From a phage: a stretch of DNA of 64,000 bases. Below, one piece after another: positions 18,644-27,652 of this stretch. The stretch lies in NCBI GenBank assembly GCA_012441205.1, contig GCA_012441205.1_4705.1. One strand, given 5' to 3'. Numbering within the stretch: position 1 is the first letter of the stretch; each line of letters opens with the position of its first letter. Both the position numbers and the translations under genes were made by a program. Below the pieces are notes generated by a model. The model was not told the origin of the DNA, did not search any database, and worked only from the letters and a program-made list of their open reading frames with translations.

Positions 18644-20170
18644 TTACTCCAACACATAACGTGGGTTACTGTATATGTTAGCCCATATACCAACGTCGTC
18701 TCCCGACTCAATAATCACAGCGAAACGAAACGCAACATCAGACTCGCGATATGTTACCGCGTACGCTTTCGTTTCCGGTGATGCTAAATAGCTCAAGTTC
18801 AGACGTTGAGGCAGGTCTAACCCCAAGGACATGGTACAAGACGTAACGCCCTGCTTATCGGGGGTCAGTCTGTAATTCACGTCCACCTTCAAGCTTTTCG
18901 TAACCTGCGTAATCGCACTATGCACTTTGGTAACCGTTTTGCCTTTCTTATCCTTTTCTGTTTCGAAAAGAACGTCGGTAATTTCGGTTACGACTAGACG
19001 CGGTGTGGATTCGCGGTTAGCGTCAAGCCATTCATCCAGTAACGTCTTTAAGAAGTTCAAGGAATCAATCGCACGCCAAGCAAGGTTAGGCGGGTTGCAC
19101 GCTTCCATTAAAATGGCTGTGTTGGATCCACCTAGCGGAAGATGCACGCTCTTACCGAGGCCTGTCGGACGCATCGTAAGATCGCACTCACCCTCAAGAA
19201 TATCGCGATGATATTGACGATGATGAAGGTTATCCGTGTATGCGATATACACTGACTCCGTTGTCCCATGCTCTAATACCCGAGATGCATGCGTACGCAT
19301 AATCTCAACAGCATCATCCGGCTTGCTTAGATAGATAACACTGTACGCACTATCGCTAATCCTTTTCCCTAACTCAAGACGTCCCTTGTTGTCTTTATCG
19401 GTGTTACCACCGAAATAGATGTAGCGGCCATCTTTCGCACGCTCTTGCTGCTGGTTGGTGGTAAAGTAGCAGCGTGAGAACGTAAAGAACGGGCTTATTT
19501 CCGGTTCGGGGCTCCAATACCCCTTAGCCGGAAGTTCGCGGCGTATTTGGGTTCTTACAGCCCAGTCCTGGTTTTGTGATAGATATGTTCCACGCGTTGC
19601 CAACATATCCGCACGTTCGTTACCAACATTGCCCTCATGTCCAGGAACATAGCGCAGCGAAATATCGATAGCGTCGCGCTTCGCATCCCTTATCGCGCTA
19701 TCGAGTTTCCGCCACCGTTCCGCATTCATTAACGGTTTATTGTCGGATTTAACCCAGTTGTTCTCTCGCCAATTAGCAAGATGGTTGGTGGCACCTACAA
19801 CAACATATTGGCTGTCCGACAACAGCTGGATCCGTTTTGCCCCCTTTGCTTTTCCAAGTTCAATCGCACGTATTGCGGCATCCAACTCAGCCTGATTGTT
19901 CGTTACATTGAAACCCAAAGCCTCTAACTCATCCACGTATTCCTTGGGTTCGACCAGCACAGCGTCTTTAGGAAAGTCGAGTTTAGGGTCAACATAACCG
20001 TATTGCGTTGGTTTGGGCTTCCCACTTTTTGAAGGTTCCAAGGTGCCTTTTATTTCTTTCACCATATCGTAGGTGTAGCCATGCACGCCATAGCCACCAT
20101 ACCCACTCGATGTTGGACGGGATCCTCCATCACAGTAGAAAACGGCACCAAGCTCAGTATTTCCTGCCAT
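18644..20170 (-). CDS. RNase H (type 1, RnhA-like) domain protein with ~330-aa uncharacterised C-terminal extension
   Basis: CDGGS, TNNQAELDAAIRAIELG, LSDSQYVV, NWRENNWVKSDNKPLMNAERWRKL and VPGHEGNVGNERADMLA match the RnhA motifs TDGSC, TNNRMEL..AL, STDSQYV, W..W...KPVKN..LW and GHAG...NE.CD.LA. Preferred start ATG 20170 (GAGG upstream); ORF track starts at 20182. Confidence 0.8.
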   Translation of the reverse strand: MAGNTELGAVFYCDGGSRPTSSGYGGYGVHGYTYDMVKEIKGTLEPSKSGKPKPTQYGYVDPKLDFPKDAVLVEPKEYVDELEALGFNVTNNQAELDAAIRAIELGKAKGAKRIQLLSDSQYVVVGATNHLANWRENNWVKSDNKPLMNAERWRKLDSAIRDAKRDAIDISLRYVPGHEGNVGNERADMLATRGTYLSQNQDWAVRTQIRRELPAKGYWSPEPEISPFFTFSRCYFTTNQQQERAKDGRYIYFGGNTDKDNKGRLELGKRISDSAYSVIYLSKPDDAVEIMRTHASRVLEHGTTESVYIAYTDNLHHRQYHRDILEGECDLTMRPTGLGKSVHLPLGGSNTAILMEACNPPNLAWRAIDSLNFLKTLLDEWLDANRESTPRLVVTEITDVLFETEKDKKGKTVTKVHSAITQVTKSLKVDVNYRLTPDKQGVTSCTMSLGLDLPQRLNLSYLASPETKAYAVTYRESDVAFRFAVIIESGDDVGIWANIYSNPRYVLE

Positions 20171-20220
20171 TGTAAACCTCATTAATCATTGTCCGTATGA
20201 TAGCCCAAAGTTGTACGGTA

Positions 20221-20772
20221 TTACCGATTACCGTCAGTTGACGTTGGTTGATTGCGATCGATTTTCATTGACCGTAATTTTCCACCATTAGTTACACACT
20301 GATTGCGCTGTTCGACGGAGGCCAGACTGTTACAGACATAATAAGTATCGATAAAACGCTCAACGCGTTCTTGAAACTTCCTCCCGGCAACTTGCTCTTT
20401 TTCAAAAGTTCGTAATGCACGATCGACCTCACCTTGGAGAATCCGGTTCTGTTCAACCATACTGTCTATTAAACGGCCTCGCACTTCGTTCGATGTGTAG
20501 AGTTGATGAATCAGTTCTCGGTTGGTGTCTCGCGCATAACGCAATGTTGCATTTTCCTGACGTAAACTACTCACGTCAGCCATCAAGGTAATGATTTTTT
20601 CGCCAGCGAATAACGTCACGATACCCAATACGATGAAAAAGCCCGTAATCAAGAATATCGAGGACTGTCGAGCTCCATCTCGACGATAGCGTGTGGGCGG
20701 TCGCTTACTTCGCCGAAACAACTCGCGAAGAAAAGGGAAAAGCCAGGGCAACGCCTTGAGTGTAGTAAACAT
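20221..20772 (-). CDS. membrane-anchored coiled-coil protein (183 aa)
   Basis: N-terminal hydrophobic segment SSIFLITGFFIVLGIVTLFAG followed by a charged, heptad-like region; preferred start ATG 20772 (AAGGA upstream). Confidence 0.5.
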   Translation of the reverse strand: MFTTLKALPWLFPFLRELFRRSKRPPTRYRRDGARQSSIFLITGFFIVLGIVTLFAGEKIITLMADVSSLRQENATLRYARDTNRELIHQLYTSNEVRGRLIDSMVEQNRILQGEVDRALRTFEKEQVAGRKFQERVERFIDTYYVCNSLASVEQRNQCVTNGGKLRSMKIDRNQPTSTDGNR

Positions 20773-20826
20773 GCGTGTGTCCTTGATAGTATGAAATTTC
20801 CAATACAACTTAACCGAGGACGTCGA

Positions 20827-22167
20827 ATGATTAGTATTTTTGGTTTTTATACGTACAAAGGGTACGCTAATAACCACCCAAAAACCACGGCGAAATTCGG
20901 TGAGTTCAGTCAGCACAGTGCTACGTTCAGTCGCGAAATCGGCATCTATACCAACACGGCGTACGCACGTACGACCTTATTAGTGTTGAATGCCGAAAAC
21001 GAAGCTGGTGAAGCACAAACGCTGAATGACGACACCGCAGGCCGCATTCTTCAGGTTGGTCAATGGTTGCTGGAAAAAGCCTCATCAGGCGAAATCCAGG
21101 ATGACCGAGACCAGGTTATCGGCTACCTAAAAGACGACTTCACAACGTATCTGGATTCTATCGACATCCCAACACCCACCACCGATGGTACCGTCTATCT
21201 ACCGGCGTGGATCAGTTTCAAGATAACCGCCACCGGCGATGTCGTCAAGATTTGGTTGTCTGATAGCGTATTCCAAAGTCAATATCCAAAATACGAATAT
21301 GAAGTCGTTCCCCCTGTTCCTAAGGATCAGTTAGATACCTTCTTCGAAGATCTGGCAACATTGAAGAAACTGGTTGACAGTCGAAGCAGCGAGAAACTGA
21401 CCGAAGAAATCAACGAGGTGCGCGACCAATTCCCAGACACACAATTGTGGACGAAAACATATAAAGCGTACGATTACACCGACGATTCGAAATATATTAA
21501 TACCGATTGGACGGTGATTATCTACGGTGCAGCAGGTAACAACATTGATAATATCAAGGAGTTCCTGCAAAACTGGATTCTTAGCAATAGCACGCACGGA
21601 CGTCCAGACTGGGAAATCGTTCTGCCGGATCTTTTTATTCCGACGGAACACATCTTCATTCCAATCTGGAACCGCCACAGTGCGCCAGAAATGACCAATC
21701 AGGCACGTATCTATAGTCCTATATTCGATGATTCGTTGATGGATACCTACCTGAAAAACTTTGCTGATGGTTACGGCGAAACCGCCGAAGTCCGTAAATC
21801 GCTTCAAGCGGTGCCGACGTTGTGGCGCTCGATCGGTTTCTTAAGCGTTGGTAACTCACGTAACCGAGACGGTAAACTTAAGTTCTACGATCGTTGGCCG
21901 CAATACGCGCTCATCAGCACAACCAGCATCGATATTAACCGTATCGATGATGCGACACGTGAATTCATCACGTTCACTTACGAAATGCTGAAACTGGCAG
22001 AATCGCTGACCGAAGACGACCCGGTACCGTTGGGTTATAGTCGTGTTACGCGTGGTAGCAATAGCTTCTTAGCGAAAAGCCACAACGATGTTCAGTATCT
22101 CTTCTTAACAAAAGAAGCGTTCCTGAAGAAAATGCCGGATGAAGCCGACACGCCTGTTGGAGGTTGA
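20827..22167 (+). CDS. hypothetical protein (446 aa)
   Basis: ORF; preferred start ATG 20827 with GAGGA 6 nt upstream (track start 20791). Confidence 0.6.
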   Translation: MISIFGFYTYKGYANNHPKTTAKFGEFSQHSATFSREIGIYTNTAYARTTLLVLNAENEAGEAQTLNDDTAGRILQVGQWLLEKASSGEIQDDRDQVIGYLKDDFTTYLDSIDIPTPTTDGTVYLPAWISFKITATGDVVKIWLSDSVFQSQYPKYEYEVVPPVPKDQLDTFFEDLATLKKLVDSRSSEKLTEEINEVRDQFPDTQLWTKTYKAYDYTDDSKYINTDWTVIIYGAAGNNIDNIKEFLQNWILSNSTHGRPDWEIVLPDLFIPTEHIFIPIWNRHSAPEMTNQARIYSPIFDDSLMDTYLKNFADGYGETAEVRKSLQAVPTLWRSIGFLSVGNSRNRDGKLKFYDRWPQYALISTTSIDINRIDDATREFITFTYEMLKLAESLTEDDPVPLGYSRVTRGSNSFLAKSHNDVQYLFLTKEAFLKKMPDEADTPVGG

Positions 22168-22169
22168 TT

Positions 22170-22796
22170 ATGGCTGTAACACGCATGACGCCAAGTCCCG
22201 GTGCGGTCGGGGTATTCACAGTATCAGCGCCGTTTACCGTTGGTGCGTCAACGCTATATACCGTTACAGCGTTGCGAAGATTCAGCGAAGTCATCGGTAG
22301 TGGAATCGATCTATTTACGGAACTGTACGAACCGTTATCAATAGACAAATCCACATTCGAAGCGCATCTCGAAGCGAATGCTTATCTCGTCACGTTGCAA
22401 CCGGATTACGGTGCACCCGTACTGGTACCTGATACGTATATCACGTCGTACCCAAAGAACGATTCATTGCGGTATCGTCGCATTATTCTGGGTATCGATT
22501 TCGGGCCTCTTCCTCCCGGTCTTGACCTTTCGTATTTAACAACGATATTGAAAGGTAAGGCCAGTGATATTCTTGGTGTCGAACCTGAAGTTAAAACGAT
22601 GGAAATCACTCTCGATGATACCGTTACTCAGGAACAACATCAGATAAACGAAGCCCGTCGTCAGGCCGCGATAAAAGAGCGAGATACCATATACGCACGT
22701 TGTGAAACGCAAGAGAAGCAGATAACGGCTTTACTTGCAACCCAAAAGCAACTTATCAAATTGCTTCAAGACGCCGGTATCAATCCGACACCTTAA
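22170..22796 (+). CDS. hypothetical protein (208 aa) with C-terminal coiled-coil-like region
   Basis: ATG 22170 with GGAGG 6 nt upstream; overlaps the preceding stop. Confidence 0.6.
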   Translation: MAVTRMTPSPGAVGVFTVSAPFTVGASTLYTVTALRRFSEVIGSGIDLFTELYEPLSIDKSTFEAHLEANAYLVTLQPDYGAPVLVPDTYITSYPKNDSLRYRRIILGIDFGPLPPGLDLSYLTTILKGKASDILGVEPEVKTMEITLDDTVTQEQHQINEARRQAAIKERDTIYARCETQEKQITALLATQKQLIKLLQDAGINPTP

Positions 22797-22839
22797 CATA
22801 TTCCCTCCTCCTTCCCTGTTGGGTTGGAGGAGGGTTATG
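22797..22839. repeat. GGAGG-stem palindromic hairpin element (family copy)
   Basis: CATA-TTCCCTCCTCC-ttCCCtgttGGGtt-GGAGGAGGG-TTATG, immediately after stop 22796. Confidence 0.65.
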
Positions 22840-22848
22840 CTGTCAAGC

Positions 22849-22864
22849 AAAAAAAAAAAAAAAA
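22849..22864. repeat. A16 homopolymer tract
   Basis: 16 consecutive A, 10 nt downstream of the hairpin. Confidence 0.9.
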
Positions 22865-22909
22865 TGATAGTCACAGGCTCTCCAATGAAGGAGAGCCGTG
22901 ACCGTCAGT

Positions 22910-23611
22910 TTAAGATGCAGATAATCTCGCGTACTTCTGGCGAACATGGTTCTTACGGCGAACTTCGTCGTCCTCGTCGCGCCATTCGAGGTAAGCAACG
23001 AATCGACGTAACTGCGCCGCCGTCATCGTTGACGAGCGGTCTTCTACGTCTAGAACAACGTAACGAACATCACCAACGCCATCGCAATCAACGTAACTGA
23101 ATACCAAAAGGCCATCGCCGTACTCAACGATGGTAACTTCGAATCGTTTATCGAACAAATAAAACAGTTCCGATTCAATGATCATCGGAATGACGCATAA
23201 ATCAGCACGATTGAGGATTTCCATCATCACCCGTAACGCGCGAGGAGTATGGCGAGCGAACTGGTCGTTAAAACGTTGTTTCATCGCTTGTTCCACGCCA
23301 TCTGTTTTTGTTCCAAACCACGGACGTACTACAGATTTCGGTGGTGTAAGACGAAAGCGATATGCTTGTATAAACAACAGAATATCAGCGACGTTAGGAA
23401 ATTCTTCCTGGTCTTCGTATATCTTGCGGATAATATCCGGAATCGTAACCATCAAGTATTTCTTATCGCCTCCCACTTTCTCGAGATTAGCAATATGTCC
23501 TTCTACCACAGGCTGGTAAACGAAATTATACCAATGACGGTATCTTTCAGTACGTTGGTAGTTTGGGATAAAATTAAGAATAATACTCACTGCGCGTTTT
23601 AATGGGTTCAT
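22910..23611 (-). CDS. hypothetical protein (233 aa)
   Basis: ORF with AAGGA upstream of ATG 23611. Confidence 0.6.
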   Translation of the reverse strand: MNPLKRAVSIILNFIPNYQRTERYRHWYNFVYQPVVEGHIANLEKVGGDKKYLMVTIPDIIRKIYEDQEEFPNVADILLFIQAYRFRLTPPKSVVRPWFGTKTDGVEQAMKQRFNDQFARHTPRALRVMMEILNRADLCVIPMIIESELFYLFDKRFEVTIVEYGDGLLVFSYVDCDGVGDVRYVVLDVEDRSSTMTAAQLRRFVAYLEWRDEDDEVRRKNHVRQKYARLSAS

Positions 23612-23625
23612 CGGAAGGATCCTTC

Positions 23626-24039
23626 TTATGTTTTAATATGCACATCGTCAATCCCCTCGGTAATCCAGCCGATGGGAAGGACAATCGTTGTTATCCTGTT
23701 ATGGGTGTAGTGGTTGAGAAAATGGAAATAGTAATTTTTGTTAGACTGTTCGATCCGCAGGTCGAGATGCGCGTCTTCAGGTAACCGTAACCAAGCACCG
23801 TACAGTTCATTAAACTTACGCTGAATTTTACCGGGGTTCATTGGAACCCCACGACCACGACGATGTAGCTGACGTAATGATTCAATCAAACACTCAGAGA
23901 TACCCGTTGTCGTTCCGTTATCGCTTGTATCAATAACGATGAACTCTCGTGACCCACGACCGAGATAAAAGCCAGCGACAAAAGCTGCAGCAACAAAAAT
24001 TATCGTACCGATACCAATATACCAATAGTAAGTATCCAT
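23626..24039 (-). CDS. small membrane protein (N-terminal TM helix)
   Basis: Preferred start ATG 24039 (GAGG upstream); hydrophobic IGIGTIIFVAAAFVAGFYLG. Confidence 0.5.
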   Translation of the reverse strand: MDTYYWYIGIGTIIFVAAAFVAGFYLGRGSREFIVIDTSDNGTTTGISECLIESLRQLHRRGRGVPMNPGKIQRKFNELYGAWLRLPEDAHLDLRIEQSNKNYYFHFLNHYTHNRITTIVLPIGWITEGIDDVHIKT

Positions 24040-24050
24040 AACGACCTCAC

Positions 24051-24578
24051 TTATACCCAATAGTCGGCAAGCGGTTTTACCTTATTAATGGGCAACTGTA
24101 CTTTACCGATGTTCTCTACATCCGCATCAGCGTAGAGAACAATTTTATCACCGTCTCTTTCCCAACGAATAATGAATCGACCAGGAAGAAGATTACTCTG
24201 TTCAAGAGACGCAGTAACCTGTTGTGTTAAAACAGACAACCAAGCAGGCATCAGTGTTGCAACATCTAAGTCATTTGACCATTCAGCGCGTTGCTCCACT
24301 GGACGTAACATACGTTCGACGGTGCGTTGAACTGTTGCGGTGATATAGCCTTTATCTTCGTCACTGATTGGATCAGGACGAGACACAAAACGTTCAGCAG
24401 GCTTGTGGGTAATATATTCATGCAAATCGATGAGTGGTGTTGTCATAGTACTCGCTCCATCAGAATGTAATTGGGTAACCCGTAGGGTTGTCTGCATGCT
24501 ATTCAGCAGCGCAAAAGCGCCATAAACAACAACGATACCAAGTATAGCCAAAACAGAAATCATTAACGTGTATTGCAT
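24051..24578 (-). CDS. membrane protein (N-terminal TM helix)
   Basis: Preferred start ATG 24578 (GGGGAG upstream); hydrophobic LMISVLAILGIVVVYGAFALL. Confidence 0.5.
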   Translation of the reverse strand: MQYTLMISVLAILGIVVVYGAFALLNSMQTTLRVTQLHSDGASTMTTPLIDLHEYITHKPAERFVSRPDPISDEDKGYITATVQRTVERMLRPVEQRAEWSNDLDVATLMPAWLSVLTQQVTASLEQSNLLPGRFIIRWERDGDKIVLYADADVENIGKVQLPINKVKPLADYWV

Positions 24579-24679
24579 TGTCATCTCCCCTACATACGCA
24601 TCTTGAAGATCGGTTAAAAACAACAAAAGAAAAAACGATATAAAGCAAGGTCCTCTGATATCAGAGGACCTTGGATCAA

Positions 24680-25336
24680 TTAGCTTGCAGCTTCTTCATT
24701 TGTATCAGGTTTGCTTCCCCCTAACAAACCGTCAAACAGACCCGTATGTTTCAGGTAGAAGAGAGCGATAGCGCCCATTGCTGCTGCGCTCGTCGCCGTT
24801 AACGCAACCCCGGCACGATACTGCCATTTACGGTCAGGCTTTTGATCAAGAGCCATACGACGCATGTATTCAGCCTCTGCTTCATTCCGATGAATTTCGG
24901 ATTCAGCCAAGCGGGCTAAGGTATCGCGGTCAAGGTTATCATAACGTACGTTCATGGTGGTTTCCTCTTGTTTGGAAGTTGATTGCTTAGTGGATTCTTG
25001 GTCAACAGTCGTTTCAGATGGTTCAAACGGCTGGTTGTTCATTTTCTGATCTTTATTGGTCATGATAGACTCCTTCGATTTTTGAGACGAAATTGATTTA
25101 AACCATCGTGGATGGCGGTATTCAGTTTTACATGTGCAGTTAAGTTTCTCGTGCAGGAAAGCGTAAAAACGTTTTGCGCCTACACGTAAGGCTTTCAGCA
25201 TTACCCATCCACGAGCACTCAAACGGTGTAGCTGTTGCGGTATGTCGAGTTTCCTAGCCAAGCGAAAGTATCTTTCAATCACTTCGATAGGAAACCATTG
25301 TTGTTCCACATCGGTGAGACTGAAAGTCTTATCCAT
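24680..25336 (-). CDS. protein with C-terminal TM helix (218 aa)
   Basis: C-terminal AGVALTATSAAAMGAIALFYL. Confidence 0.5.
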   Translation of the reverse strand: MDKTFSLTDVEQQWFPIEVIERYFRLARKLDIPQQLHRLSARGWVMLKALRVGAKRFYAFLHEKLNCTCKTEYRHPRWFKSISSQKSKESIMTNKDQKMNNQPFEPSETTVDQESTKQSTSKQEETTMNVRYDNLDRDTLARLAESEIHRNEAEAEYMRRMALDQKPDRKWQYRAGVALTATSAAAMGAIALFYLKHTGLFDGLLGGSKPDTNEEAAS

Positions 25337-25365
25337 GATTGAAATCTCGCTGGCTTACTTCACTT

Positions 25366-25388
25366 AAGTAATATAGCCGTGAAAAATG
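25366..25388 (+). promoter_or_regulatory. partial copy of conserved intergenic element (copy C)
   Basis: TAAGTAATATAGCCGTGAAAAATG shares the 17-mer GTAATATAGCCGTGAAA with 37966-37982. Confidence 0.35.
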
Positions 25389-25486
25389 TTGGATTAAGTT
25401 AAATACCGCAACCGCAGCTAATTTTATAGGCTTTTAGCCTAAACCAATCATCTTCGGAATCATCATCTTTGAAACAGGAATCTATC

Positions 25487-26308
25487 ATGGAAAAAGTATT
25501 TGTTTGTAAGTTGTTTACCAACGGCAATAGCCAACCAATGTATCTGACCGATCCTGTTCTAGGTAATCGGAACAGTACCGTATTCAAAGAGGCTTTCGAA
25601 TACGCTAAAAATAAAGCCGTGAGAACACTGACGTCTGATGACTGTATCAACGGTATCACGTGGGCAGAGTTAATCGGTGATGCCGTTCGACACTTCGTTC
25701 GGGATGCGAGAAAACGGGAAATCTGTCTCACGACTATTGTTGTGCGTGAAAACGCAGAAATTTTATCAAACGTTTTGGTTGATTTTAATGACGTTTGTGT
25801 GTTTAATCCAGAGAACACGTTTGAACAATACCTTACTGCCCTGAACAACCAGCTCGGTAAAGATATTCATCCCGAATTCGCCAAGTTAACATATCAGTTA
25901 CTTTTTGACGACGTCGATCCAAATACGAAGATCGATACCAGCTTATCGCCCCTGGTAAAGAAATACGGATCGGTTCTCGCTACGGCAACACCCACCACCG
26001 ATGGTGGTTATGATATCGAATTGGATGATCCATTAAAAGAACAAGAGCCTACTGGGGTTAGGGCGGTACATCACAACCTCGTCGTTAAATCTGATGGATG
26101 CGATGAACATTACGCTATGATAAACGATGAAAACAATTACCGTTTAAGTCAAGCGATTGGTGTTCTACGCTATACCGAACCCACTGTTGTAGACGATTAT
26201 ACATCGACAACAACGCACACCACGTGTTTCATTTTCATCTATCCCAATGAAAGTGTGTACATTACCGACTGCTATGGCAATACCGTAGATAGCTTACGTC
26301 GTTATTGA
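25487..26308 (+). CDS. hypothetical protein (273 aa)
   Basis: Preferred start ATG 25487 with AGGAA upstream (track start 25469). Confidence 0.6.
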   Translation: MEKVFVCKLFTNGNSQPMYLTDPVLGNRNSTVFKEAFEYAKNKAVRTLTSDDCINGITWAELIGDAVRHFVRDARKREICLTTIVVRENAEILSNVLVDFNDVCVFNPENTFEQYLTALNNQLGKDIHPEFAKLTYQLLFDDVDPNTKIDTSLSPLVKKYGSVLATATPTTDGGYDIELDDPLKEQEPTGVRAVHHNLVVKSDGCDEHYAMINDENNYRLSQAIGVLRYTEPTVVDDYTSTTTHTTCFIFIYPNESVYITDCYGNTVDSLRRY

Positions 26309-26315
26309 TTATCGA

Positions 26316-26341
26316 GCCTGTCCTTCGGGGCAGGCTTTTTA
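26316..26341 (+). terminator. intrinsic terminator (UUCG-loop hairpin followed by T5)
   Basis: GCCTGTCC-ttcg-GGGCAGGC followed by TTTTT, directly after stop 26308. Confidence 0.7.
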
Positions 26342-26417
26342 TGCTGTTAAATATCAGGAATAAGAATTAACAAAATAGGAAAATGGTGTGTATATAACAC
26401 AAAGGAGGGAGATGATT

Positions 26418-26534
26418 ATGTTACTCATTCTAATGGAGAGAGCATTGCTGGCGGGTATCTGCGCATTCTCTGTTAAACACGCTGTTGCTATCATGGCTGA
26501 AGAAAGGCGTAATACGCATAATGTATTACGCTGA
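26418..26534 (+). CDS. candidate small hydrophobic peptide (38 aa)
   Basis: AAGGAGGGAG precedes the ATG; product MLLILMERALLAGICAFSVKHAVAIMAEERRNTHNVLR; below the ORF-track size cutoff. Confidence 0.3.
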   Translation: MLLILMERALLAGICAFSVKHAVAIMAEERRNTHNVLR

Positions 26535-26644
26535 AAACACTGTGTGCATTAGTGTATGACGAGAAATCGTCGAGGCCCCCGTCTTCACGAGGGCCAACAC
26601 CTATGCATGATTATTCATCGTCTGTTAAACAAAAGGTTATAAAC

Positions 26645-26953
26645 ATGAGCAATTTGAACGTTGAATTTACTTCAACAACGCCTGTCATGAATGGTGTTGG
26701 CACTGAAACCAAAATCGTATTAGAACCCATTCCAGGGTTACGCGATCTCGGTGATTTTTATCCACTGATGCCGCGTATACGGAAGGCCTTAAACAGTATC
26801 GATCTTGATTCCAATAAAGATTTCCAACACGATACAGAAAATACCGATCATGTATTGCTGCCATCAGGGATCGCAAAATTCACCTACACGCAAACATTGA
26901 AAGCCTCTGATGGTGAAATCCGTCGTTTTATCGTTGAAGTAGAAAGCGCATAA
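26645..26953 (+). CDS. hypothetical protein (start uncertain; ORF track starts at 26552)
   Basis: ORF; several candidate ATG starts, none with a strong RBS. Confidence 0.45.
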   Translation: MSNLNVEFTSTTPVMNGVGTETKIVLEPIPGLRDLGDFYPLMPRIRKALNSIDLDSNKDFQHDTENTDHVLLPSGIAKFTYTQTLKASDGEIRRFIVEVESA

Positions 26954-26955
26954 AA

Positions 26956-26996
26956 ACCATCCTCCCAACCCGTAAGGGAAGGGAGGATGAAATATG
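26956..26996. repeat. GGAGG-stem palindromic hairpin element (family copy)
   Basis: CCATCCTCCC-aaCCCgtaaGGGaa-GGGAGGATG then AAATATG; between convergent genes. Confidence 0.6.
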
Positions 26997-27006
26997 CCGT
27001 TAAACG

Positions 27007-27636
27007 TTATTCAACAAACCCTGCATTCAACAGATTGTCGTAAACACGATTAGCGACATCAACAGGAGAATGTGTGTTACTGGTATCTATACGCAGCGTT
27101 TTCGCGTCGCCGAGATAGTCCATAAAATCCATGTAACGATAACGTCGTTTATTGAATGTCGCTTCATCGATGTTATCAAACATCTGATGTTTAGCGTGAC
27201 GAACACGGAACCGCCTTAAATACGTAGGATAGTCGATATCCAGATAAACATAGTAAGACGGCATGATAATCGACGGTAGGTTCGGCAACAATGCGTCAAA
27301 CAACTTAACGTTGGCATCATTAACCTGATAAACATACGTCGAAGCAATCGAACGATCGCTAAGCACAGTCTTCCCTTCGTTAAGGGCTGGATGAATCACC
27401 TTGTTGAAGAGATGATTACGTTGCGACATCATCGCCAATAGTTCAGTTTCTGGATCGAATCTGTTCGTTGGTGTCTGATCTTCCAGGATAAGTTTACGAA
27501 TGGCTTCTCCGTAGAGCGTACCACCGGGTTCACGTACGACACAGACGTTGTTTAAACGACTGTGTAAAGACGAGATAACCGAACTCTTTCCTGAATAATC
27601 CAGACCTTCAATAACGATATATTTATTACGAGACAT
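27007..27636 (-). CDS. tmk: thymidylate (dTMP) kinase
   Basis: P-loop KYIVIEGLDYSGKSS, REPGGT and the DR motif, matching Tmk (KYIVIEGLEGAGKTT, REPGGT); preferred start ATG 27636. Confidence 0.8.
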   Translation of the reverse strand: MSRNKYIVIEGLDYSGKSSVISSLHSRLNNVCVVREPGGTLYGEAIRKLILEDQTPTNRFDPETELLAMMSQRNHLFNKVIHPALNEGKTVLSDRSIASTYVYQVNDANVKLFDALLPNLPSIIMPSYYVYLDIDYPTYLRRFRVRHAKHQMFDNIDEATFNKRRYRYMDFMDYLGDAKTLRIDTSNTHSPVDVANRVYDNLLNAGFVE

Positions 27637-27652
27637 TCCCCGCTCCAATTAA

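Noticed and set aside
22735-23100. ORF-track entry 22735..23100 (+), 121 aa
   Set aside because: As called it starts inside gene 22170-22796 and crosses the hairpin; only the shorter SD-preceded version from 22837 is retained as a low-confidence observation.
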